Both the position numbers and the translations under genes were made by a program. DNA of 40,007 bases, from the NCBI RefSeq assembly GCF_000281045.1, contig NW_008246171.1, positions 86,342 to 126,348 on the forward strand, read 5' to 3'. Shown one piece after another: positions 31,729 through 40,007 of this stretch. How positions within the stretch are numbered: position 1 is the first letter of the stretch; every line of letters begins with the position of its first letter. The DNA comes from Saprolegnia diclina VS20. Its lineage: Eukaryota. Below the pieces are notes generated by a model. That model saw only the letters and a program-made list of their open reading frames with translations, had not been told where the DNA came from and searched no databases.

Positions 31729-33324
31729 TTAGTAGTCCTTGAAGTTTTGCTGCCAGTCGACGACAAAGAGAGCGATGTACCCGGCGATGACGAGCGCGCC
31801 GCCGATCATCGAGCCCTTGCTGGCTTGCTTCATCGCAAGCAGCGGCTGGCGATGGGACGGAATGAGAAAGATAAACGCGAGGCCGACGAGTTGAATGCCG
31901 AGGCAGATGAGCCAGTTGTACCCGACTTGGTTCTGCGTGTGGCTGTCGTTGAGCAGTGCCAGGTTGGCCGGGTACGACTCGGCCATGTAGGTGCGCCAGC
32001 GGGTCGTAAGGGGCACGTTGAGGTCCTTGATGGTGGCAAAGATGGCAGCAATCGTGGCTTCGTGGCCGACGCCGGCGACCTCGACGAGCGCCCACCCGGG
32101 AATGAGCGTGTTCATGCCCGTCGAGACGATCGCGAGCGCGAAGAGGATGATGTAAAAGTAGTCGTTGCGGCACACGTCCCAGACGACAAAGAGCACGGGG
32201 AACGCCGTGAGGAGGATGCCGACCAGCGTCGCGATGAAGAGCGCCTTTTGCCAGTTCCACGACCGGCCCTTCTTGGTTGTGAGGATGATCGTGGGGATGT
32301 ACGGGACGCGTGGGATCACGTTCGCCCAGCCCAAGTCGAGATGCTTGACCCACGTCACGACCGTCGGTCCCGTCGGGCTCTGGAAGAGGTTGGTCAGGAA
32401 CCGGAACGCGAGCAGCTGGTACACGGCGCGGTTCTGCAGCAGCGTCCAGAGCTGGCCAAACCACTCGGGTACGCTCTTGATGTGGTTCTTCGTGTCGCGG
32501 AAGAGCGCGATGGCCGGAACGAACGCGCAGAGGCTAAAGAAGATCGCGACAAAGTACGGGGTGTTGGGGCCCGCCGACCAGTCGTAGTAGCCCCCGTAGC
32601 GCCTGCTGTTGAGGAAGAGCTGGAGGAAGAGGCGGCCCCAGACCGCGCCAATGCCTTGGAAGAAGTAGGTGAAGCCCTGGAAGATACCGCGGGTGCTGAT
32701 CGGGTCGCGCTGCGCGTACTCGATGAGGACGCCGTCGAGCGTCGCCTGCACGATCATGATGCCGAGCATCAGGAAGAAGATGGGCGTCCGAAACCACGGA
32801 ACCGAGTTGGGCGCGTCGAGATTGTAGAACGAGCCGTTGGGGTTGAGCGCGGTTGCGCAGCCCGGGTGGTCCTTTGGGTCGCAGTACGGGTCGCCAAATG
32901 ACCGGCACGCCATGGAGAGAAGCGCGCCGATCGTGACGAGCCAGCCCGCGACGAGCCAAAACTTGCGCCGGTAGCCAAAGACGGGCACAATGTCGATGAG
33001 AATCGCAAAGAAGACGCGCAAGGTCCACGCGCCGGCTTGAAGCGACGCGATCTGAGCGACGTGCGCCGCCGAGCCGTGAAGGTACGAGCCATAAATGTAC
33101 GTGTTGAGCGGCGGCAGGAGGACCTGGAGGAGGTTGGCCATGAACATTTCCACGAAAAATACAATCGCGGGCCGCGACTTCATCACGACGGGCTCGCCCG
33201 GCGCGAGGGCCGTCGACGGGTCGTCGTCACCGGACGCAAACGGCTTGAAGCTCGCTTCCGGCGTCTCGACAAAGAAGCCCTCGGGGTGGAGCTCGACGTG
33301 CGGGTCCGTTGTTGCCGTTGTCAT
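31729..33324 (-). CDS. Folate-biopterin transporter (BT1/MFS)-like paralogue 3
   Basis: Motifs DIVPVFGYRRK, DGVLIEYAQRDP, GVGHEATIAA. ATG 33324 follows an Inr/FPR element. Confidence 0.88.
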   Translation of the reverse strand: MTTATTDPHVELHPEGFFVETPEASFKPFASGDDDPSTALAPGEPVVMKSRPAIVFFVEMFMANLLQVLLPPLNTYIYGSYLHGSAAHVAQIASLQAGAWTLRVFFAILIDIVPVFGYRRKFWLVAGWLVTIGALLSMACRSFGDPYCDPKDHPGCATALNPNGSFYNLDAPNSVPWFRTPIFFLMLGIMIVQATLDGVLIEYAQRDPISTRGIFQGFTYFFQGIGAVWGRLFLQLFLNSRRYGGYYDWSAGPNTPYFVAIFFSLCAFVPAIALFRDTKNHIKSVPEWFGQLWTLLQNRAVYQLLAFRFLTNLFQSPTGPTVVTWVKHLDLGWANVIPRVPYIPTIILTTKKGRSWNWQKALFIATLVGILLTAFPVLFVVWDVCRNDYFYIILFALAIVSTGMNTLIPGWALVEVAGVGHEATIAAIFATIKDLNVPLTTRWRTYMAESYPANLALLNDSHTQNQVGYNWLICLGIQLVGLAFIFLIPSHRQPLLAMKQASKGSMIGGALVIAGYIALFVVDWQQNFKDY

Positions 33325-33330
33325 GGCCGA

Positions 33331-33347
33331 GGCAAATTGGAAAATGA
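33331..33347 (-). promoter_or_regulatory. Oomycete Inr+FPR core promoter
   Basis: TCATTTTCCAATTTGCC on the minus strand, 6 nt before ATG 33324. Fits the oomycete consensus YCATTYYNCAWTTT. Confidence 0.75.
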
Positions 33348-35145
33348 CTCTTGTGTGCAAGCCCGCGACAAAATTTATTACGATAGATTAGTAGTTGGAT
33401 CGTCCGAAGGTCGGGATCATTCGCTCCTGCGCATGCGAGTCATTCTCGCAGGCTGTCGCTCGTTGGTTTGACGATTACGCTTATCCATCGCCCGAGTTAT
33501 CCGGGTTTAACGTGACGTGTCTTGCTCCGACCTCACGTTAAAGACCGGAAAAGAGGTGTTTAAACGCACTAAAATACATTTACCGCGTGTTTAACGTCAC
33601 GCCCGATGCGGTGTTTATCGCTGGCCGATGCGGTGGCCTCTGCTTGACTCAATCAAATGCCCATCGTCATTGCGAGGCTACTCGTAGCGTAAGCGCTGAA
33701 GCGCGCGTTCCGCCGCATTACTCGCATAGAAAACAAGCAGAAGGCGGACCCTGCGACGGCCACTTGCGTTTTATGTGGGCCTTGAGTCAGCCTTGAGTGG
33801 TGGTTGTTGCTTGCCGTTGCAGATAAGCACGGATCGCGCTAGAGCTGATACCTCGCGGCGCCAAGATAAGCAAACTCGTATTCAAGACGGCGAGATGTCA
33901 CTGAGAACTAGCAATCTCAAGAATCTGGCAGAGACTACAGCACCCGATTGAATTTTGAGATGCCATCGCAGGTTGGCGCTACCAGCACAAGCGAACGACG
34001 GGAATAGTCCTTGGTAGTCACATGGTCCTTTGCACGTCCGCAAGGCGTGGATTCTGGGTGGTTTTAGCTATAGTTTTGGCGCGAGTTTGGTCACATCGTC
34101 CACCACGTGGCCCCTAAAATCGCGCTTGAGAACTGCCCGTTTCACCTTTCTAAATATGGCCGTTACGCCACAATTAGACGTTTTACCACATATAAAATCA
34201 GGCCTTATCAGCAGGCGTTGATGTCAAACCTGCGGCCACCTGTGCAGTCTCGTCACTGCTACACTTTACAACGTTGTGCATGGCATTCTCACGCTTTGGG
34301 AAACACACTCATGGCCTGCATCATCCTTCATTCTTGTGTTGCGTCACCAACCTAGCGTCGTGTGGGACTCGGTATTCAGCGTATCAGCGCCCAACAATGA
34401 GTCGGTAAAGAAATGCAGTTGAACCTCCGTTGAACGAGCCTCAAACGCGCGCCTAATGTCAAAATGCGACGAAAATACCGAGCTCGATGACGAGCGTCTC
34501 GCGTCGATGCCGCTGCGTGGCTCGAGCTCCAGTAAGCCCCAAGTTACGCCAATAGAGGCAGCATCCCATGCAAACAGCATTTGCACACCGCACCTCCTCG
34601 TGCCCTTTCACACAAACTGAGCTGATCAAGCAGGATCAGACGTCATGGCGCGGGTAACCACCGCGCGTTCGCTGGGTCCATACTGAGTTTCAATCAAATA
34701 TCGTGTTTGCGTCGAACCTCTCGGTGTAAACGGATATGAAATGGCCTCGGTTCCATAGCTTGAGCCATTCTATGTGCCACGTACGTTTTACTCAACCAAT
34801 ACATAGGTTAAACCCATGTGACGCACCACGTTGGTATTGGCGCAACCACACACTCCTGGCTTGACGAAGACAACCAATATCATAACATTGAATGCCACTC
34901 AAGGCATTTGGACGCCCTACACTACGCAGGCTTGAACAGAGTCGTCGAACGTGCGAGCCCGCTCTCTTTAACGCGGGAACCAGCGACTTTAACCTACACG
35001 TCAAAGACCACGTCAATTTGTTGCAAGGCGATCACGCCAAGGTTTGCGCCCCATAAGCATCGTGTAAAATGCTCGCTTCATAGAGTAGCGACAAAGTTAT
35101 CGGTTGTCAAATATATTCGACTAGCCCCATTCTTTATAAGTTACC

Positions 35146-36741
35146 ATGGTCGACATCCCGCCACCCACCTCGCTTTCGAAAGACCCCCCACCGACAGACT
35201 CGAGCGACGTCGACTTCGCTGGCCTCTCCGATGACTTTGCTCACGATCCAGCCTCGGCCCTCGCCCCCGGCGGTGCCCTCGCTCTCAACTCGCGCGACGC
35301 CATCGTCTTTTACATTCAGAGCATCGCGGCGAGTTTTCTGCAGTGGGCGCTACCGCCTCTCAACACGTACCTCTTCACCGCCTATCTGCATGCGCCGGCG
35401 CACGTCGTCGCCCAGTTCACCTGGCTCCAGTGGATGGCGTGGGTGCCACGTATCTTCTTTGCCGTTTGCTCGGACTACGTCACGCTCTTTGGCTACCGGC
35501 GCAAGCTGTGGCTCGTGCTGGGCTGGGTCGTGACCGTTGCCAGCGTGTCGGTCATGGCCTTTTCGTCCGTCGGCGACCCCTACTGCGACCCCCAAGTGTA
35601 CCCAACGTGCTGGAACCCCAAGGCCAACACGACGCGAGCAGCGTACAACCTGGACGCGCCCAACCAAGCCGCATGGTACCGAACTCCCACCTTCTTTGTG
35701 CACCTCGGTGTTGCGATGGTGCAGGCGTCGCTCGACGGCGTCATGGTCGAGTACTGCCACCGCGAGCCGCTGGCGCTCCGCGGCCGGCTGCAGGCGTTCA
35801 CGTACTTTATCTCGGGCCTCGGCATTCTGTACGCCCGCTTCTTTGGCCTCTTTGGACTGAACGCGCCGCGGTACGGCGGCACGTACGACTTTTCGGCCGG
35901 TCCCGCGGTCGCCTACATGATTGGCTTTGGCTTGAGCACCGTCGCGCTTCTCTTGGCCATTTGCTACTTCCGCGACACCCACAACCACATCAAGTCGCTG
36001 GCCGAGTGGACGACCGGGCTCTGGCGCCTGGTGCAAAACCGCGCCGTGTACCAGCTCGTGGTGTTTCGCATCTTCTACTCGCTCTTCCAGAGCCCGTTGG
36101 GCACGCCGATCATTTCGTGGGTGACCGACATCAGCATCGGCTGGTCCAACGTCATGGGCCGCATCCTCTACGTCCCGACGTTGATTCAGATCATGCGCCG
36201 GGGACTGCAGTGGAACTGGCGCAAGTGCGTGGGTATTGCGTCCGTCTTTAGCATCGTGCTCACGGCCTTGGCGACCTTTTTTGTCATTTTCGACGTCTGC
36301 CGCAACCAATACTTTTACCTCGTCATCTTGGCGCTGAGTGCGATTGCATTGGCGTTTATGACGCTCATGCCCGGCTGGGTCATGGTCGAGGTGGCCGGCG
36401 TCGGCCATGAAGCCACCATTGCAGCGCTCTACGGTGCCGTGAGCAACCTCATGCTACCTGTCGCCGCGCGCTGGCGCCTCATCATGAACGACGCTTTTCC
36501 CGCCAACACTGCGCTCCTCAACGATCCGCACACGCGCGACAACGTCATGTACTCGCACGTCATAAGCTTTTCCCTCCAGCTGATTGGCGTTCTCTTTGTG
36601 GTCTTCCTCCCAACACACCGGCTCCCGACGCTGCAGTTGCTCGCGCGCAACGATCGGTCGCCCATTGCGGGCGTCCTCGTCGTTCTCGCCTACCTCGTAT
36701 TGATCATCTTTGCGCTGCAGCAGAGTCTCTACAACTACTAA
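35146..36741 (+). CDS. Folate-biopterin transporter (BT1/MFS)-like paralogue 4 (inverted relative to the others)
   Basis: Motifs SDYVTLFGYRRK, DGVMVEYCHREP, GVGHEATIAA; 531 aa. Confidence 0.88.
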   Translation: MVDIPPPTSLSKDPPPTDSSDVDFAGLSDDFAHDPASALAPGGALALNSRDAIVFYIQSIAASFLQWALPPLNTYLFTAYLHAPAHVVAQFTWLQWMAWVPRIFFAVCSDYVTLFGYRRKLWLVLGWVVTVASVSVMAFSSVGDPYCDPQVYPTCWNPKANTTRAAYNLDAPNQAAWYRTPTFFVHLGVAMVQASLDGVMVEYCHREPLALRGRLQAFTYFISGLGILYARFFGLFGLNAPRYGGTYDFSAGPAVAYMIGFGLSTVALLLAICYFRDTHNHIKSLAEWTTGLWRLVQNRAVYQLVVFRIFYSLFQSPLGTPIISWVTDISIGWSNVMGRILYVPTLIQIMRRGLQWNWRKCVGIASVFSIVLTALATFFVIFDVCRNQYFYLVILALSAIALAFMTLMPGWVMVEVAGVGHEATIAALYGAVSNLMLPVAARWRLIMNDAFPANTALLNDPHTRDNVMYSHVISFSLQLIGVLFVVFLPTHRLPTLQLLARNDRSPIAGVLVVLAYLVLIIFALQQSLYNY

Positions 36742-36946
36742 TACCTAGCGACCGCACTTCCATAAACATTAACCGCACTACATTTCTTATTGTACTAAGA
36801 ACTTTACCGCACGCTGCCATCCGCCGCCAGGGCTGGGGTCCATCTGTAACGACGTGTAACGATCACGTCATCGCTTGTGGTTCCTGGCGTTCCCAGCGAC
36901 AAAATTGGTGCGTGAGGTGATAGATGCATTAGTAAAATAGAGTAAC

Positions 36947-38590
36947 TTAGTTGCTATAGCTGTCGATGTTTTGTTGCCAAAGGAACACGAGCATCGCGAA
37001 GTAGCCGACAACGACGACCGCCCCGCCAAGACGCGAGCCAGCGCCGTGCTTGAGCGCACGCATCGCGAGCTTCTGGGTCGGCACGAGAAGGAACCACGCG
37101 AGGCCGACGAATTGAATCGCAAACGAAATCGCGTGGGTCGACGCGACGTGGTTGCGGGTGTGGTCGTCGTCCTTGAGAAGCATGCTCTTGACCGGAAACT
37201 GGTCGGTGATGAAACTGTGCCACTTGAGCGCGATCGGCACGTTGAGGTCTTTGATTGTCGCCCAGAGCGCGGCAGTCATCGCTTCGTACCCGACGCCCGC
37301 GAGCTCGACCATGACAAGACCCTGGAGAAGGTAGTTGATCGCAACGGGAGCACCCGTGAGGACGATGACGGCCGTGTAGAACCACGCGTTGCGGCACACG
37401 TCATAAATGACAAAAAAGCTCGCAAACGCCATGAGCGCAATGTTGACGCCGGTGGCGCCGGCCGCGACGTAGCGCCAGTTCCACTGCAACCCGGTCCGAC
37501 CGACGTAGCCCGTCACGGGCACGAAGAGGAGGCGCGGCGTGATGTTGATCCAGCCCATGTCCAAGTCGTCGACCCAGCGCACGAGCGGGATACCAAACGC
37601 CAAGAGCGGGTTGCCGTACACGTTGTTGAAGAGGTAGTAGAAGAACCGGAAGATGAGCAGCTGGTACACGGCGCGGTTGGTCAAGAGCAGCCAGAGACCG
37701 CCGAGCCACTGGCGAAACGGGACGAACGGCCGAGGACTGTCGTGCACAAACACCAGCGCAGTCAAAAGCGCGACGAGACCGCCGCCGAGACTGAGGAGGT
37801 ACGGGACATTGGCACCGACAGACCAGTCGTAGGAGCCGCCGTAGCGCTTGCCGTTGAGCATGAGCTGAATAAAGAAGCGCGCTGCGAGGCCGCCAGTGCC
37901 CGTGAGCGCGTACACCACGGCCTGGATCTGGCCGCGCGTTGCGATTGGCTCGCGCTGTGCGTACTCGACCATGAGTCCGTCGACGTTGGCGGCGACAAGG
38001 ACGACGCCAAGCGTCGCAAAGAAGGTCGGGATGCGGTACCAGGCGACGCGGCCCGGGGCTCCAAAGTCGTACGCCGCCTTCGTCGTGTTAGCCTTGGGGT
38101 TCCAGCATGTCGGGTAGTCTTTCGGGTCGCAGAACGGCGACCCGAACGACGAGAAGCCCATGACGGCGAGGCTCACGCACGTAATCACCCAGCCGAGGCT
38201 GAGCCAGAAGCGCCGGCGGTGGCCAAACACCGGGAGGTAGTCGGAAAGGAGAGCAAAGAGCACGCGCAGCGACCACGCGAGGTTCTCGAGCGCGGTGAGC
38301 TGCGCGTAGTTGTCTGCAGAGCTGTGCAGATACGCCATGAAGACGTAGAGCTTGAGCGGCGGCAGGACGTTCTGCATGAAGGTCGACACGATCGACTGGA
38401 AGTAGAGCACGAGCGCGGGCTTGGACAAGAGACCGACCGTCTCGCCGGGCGCCAGCGCCTCGCCATTCGTGCTCTCGTCGTTGCTCGAGACGTGCAGTGT
38501 CGTCGAGTCGCCGCAGTAGTCGCCGCCGTTGATTGGGTCCCCGCACGCGACGTCCAGAGGTGGCGCCACGGGTGATGGAGATGCGCTCAT
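36947..38590 (-). CDS. Folate-biopterin transporter (BT1/MFS)-like paralogue 5
   Basis: Motifs SDYLPVFGHRRR, DGLMVEYAQREP, GVGYEAMTAA. ATG 38590 is preceded by an Inr-like TCATTCGAGAATTC; ATG 38635 is the alternative start. Confidence 0.86.
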   Translation of the reverse strand: MSASPSPVAPPLDVACGDPINGGDYCGDSTTLHVSSNDESTNGEALAPGETVGLLSKPALVLYFQSIVSTFMQNVLPPLKLYVFMAYLHSSADNYAQLTALENLAWSLRVLFALLSDYLPVFGHRRRFWLSLGWVITCVSLAVMGFSSFGSPFCDPKDYPTCWNPKANTTKAAYDFGAPGRVAWYRIPTFFATLGVVLVAANVDGLMVEYAQREPIATRGQIQAVVYALTGTGGLAARFFIQLMLNGKRYGGSYDWSVGANVPYLLSLGGGLVALLTALVFVHDSPRPFVPFRQWLGGLWLLLTNRAVYQLLIFRFFYYLFNNVYGNPLLAFGIPLVRWVDDLDMGWINITPRLLFVPVTGYVGRTGLQWNWRYVAAGATGVNIALMAFASFFVIYDVCRNAWFYTAVIVLTGAPVAINYLLQGLVMVELAGVGYEAMTAALWATIKDLNVPIALKWHSFITDQFPVKSMLLKDDDHTRNHVASTHAISFAIQFVGLAWFLLVPTQKLAMRALKHGAGSRLGGAVVVVGYFAMLVFLWQQNIDSYSN

Positions 38591-39317
38591 GAGGTTGAAT
38601 TCTCGAATGACTGGCATCGCCGCCCTTGGGCGCATGTTGACATGACGGTTGCGGTGCCTGTCACAGATACCGCACCCTGCCGTTTACCTGCGTGAAGTGC
38701 ACTCTCGCACCATAAAAACGACGTGGCCATCCAGATGGACGCAAATCCGAGCGCCACGTGGTCTGCGATATGTGCGTCGCGACGAATATAGCCACCTCGA
38801 AGGAGGCGCCAAGGCCACAGTACCTGGCGTCGACTCTCTGCACAAGACTCTCTGTTGGAGATACTAGGGACGCTCTCCGGGAGCTTGACGCATTCGCGAG
38901 CGTCTCCCTTGCAGTAGAGGTGTGTGGCTTGGTGACGTACACGGTGACCAACACTGCGACGCAGGCGTGATCGCGAAAACGCAAACAGGCCCACGGGGGC
39001 CGCGTCGAGCTTCATTGTTCATCAACCGTCGCTGGAGCGTAATCGGTCCGACGGCAATCATCTCAAACGTTTGCTGCTGAACAGAAACAAGCAGCGCGTT
39101 CGTTGCAGGACAAGCGTCGACGGGCATCCGCGACGACAGCATGGCGGTATTGTTGTTGTAGCGCATTCCTTTCGCCAATCATGAGATGACATCGCACGCT
39201 CAAAAGAGACGTCCTGTTGCCACGTACTAGTAGTAGGCACCGACGCGCAGTCGAGTGTATGAAATCATAAATAGTCGATTCTTAGTTGTATCTTAGTGTG
39301 TCTAGTACTGGCAGTTC

Positions 39318-40007
39318 TTATTGGACATAGTTGTGCACGTTTTGTTCCCACGAGAACGCCATGAGCGCAACGTAGCCGAGCACGACAAGGACGCCGAATG
39401 ACGTGGCGCCGCCGCGCTGCTTCATCAGAGCCAGCGGTGCCTTTTGCGACGGCAGCAAGACGATCCAAACAAGACCGATCAGCTGGATCGCAAACGCAAT
39501 AAGGTGCATGTAGGCGGCGTGATGCTTGGTCTCTGCGTCGTTCTTCAAGCTCATCGTGGCGGGAAAGCCGTCGAGGAGCCACGAGCGCACCTTGTTGGCG
39601 ATCGGCACGTTGAGGTCGCGGATCGAGGCCCAAAGACCCGCCATGACGGCTTCGTAGCCGACGCCGGCCATCTCGACCATGAGAAATCCCATGATGAGGT
39701 TGATGACCGAGACGGGGACGCCCGTGAGCACGAGCAGCACCGAGTAGAGGTACGCGTTGCGCGAGACGTCGCAGATGACAAAGAACGTGGCGAGGGCCAT
39801 GAGCACAATGTTGGAGAAGGTCCAGAAAGCGAGGACGCGGCGCCAGTTCCACTGCAGCGCAACGCGGCCGTAGTACATGGTCGCCGAGATGAAGAGGAGG
39901 CGCGGCGTGATGTTGATCCAGCCCATGTCGAGGTGGGTGACCCACGACACGATCGGTGCGCCCGTGATGGTCGAGAAGAGGTTGAAGGCGAAGCGGAACG
40001 CGAGCAG
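39318..40007 (-). CDS. Folate-biopterin transporter (BT1/MFS)-like paralogue 6, 5'-truncated by the window edge
   Basis: Open to the window end (LLAFRFAFNLFSTITGAPIVSWVTHLDMGWINITPRLLF...GVGYEAVMAG); closest to paralogue 5. Confidence 0.86.
   Translation of the reverse strand: MLAFRFAFNLFSTITGAPIVSWVTHLDMGWINITPRLLFISATMYYGRVALQWNWRRVLAFWTFSNIVLMALATFFVICDVSRNAYLYSVLLVLTGVPVSVINLIMGFLMVEMAGVGYEAVMAGLWASIRDLNVPIANKVRSWLLDGFPATMSLKNDAETKHHAAYMHLIAFAIQLIGLVWIVLLPSQKAPLALMKQRGGATSFGVLVVLGYVALMAFSWEQNVHNYVQ

Noticed and set aside
33400..35100. Short ORFs or an RNA gene in the 1.8-kb divergent spacer
   Set aside because: No coding bias and no tRNA/snRNA signature seen by eye. Treated as promoter DNA, although an Infernal/Rfam scan was not possible.

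Overview
Eukaryotic, GC-rich, gene-dense draft genomic DNA of an oomycete, most likely Saprolegniales (Saprolegnia-like). This is inferred from uniformly short GT-AG introns (45-56 nt), oomycete Inr/FPR core promoters and lineage-typical gene families. Left to right it contains: mitochondrial ribosomal protein bL17; a hypothetical gene; a single-pass TKL kinase; a ~1756-aa two-module polytopic membrane protein whose frame is broken by a 14-bp tandem duplication; QSOX; a MATE transporter; a head-to-head inverted pair of NDUFA4/B12D-like genes encoding identical proteins; a 493-aa unknown; an ankyrin-TM protein; a decayed ankyrin-like region; a small Cys/His-basic protein; a spliced WW microprotein absent from the ORF track; an SMIM13-like gene; a coiled-coil protein; a zinc-finger-like/CMD(AhpD)-like fusion; a 460-N assembly gap; and an array of at least six folate-biopterin (BT1/MFS)-like transporter paralogues. 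I found no tRNA, rRNA, CRISPR array or intact mobile element. No new biological system can be proven from the sequence alone. The best candidates are the Zn-finger-CMD fusion beside the transporter array, the kinase plus two-module membrane protein pair, and the inverted NDUFA4/B12D pair.
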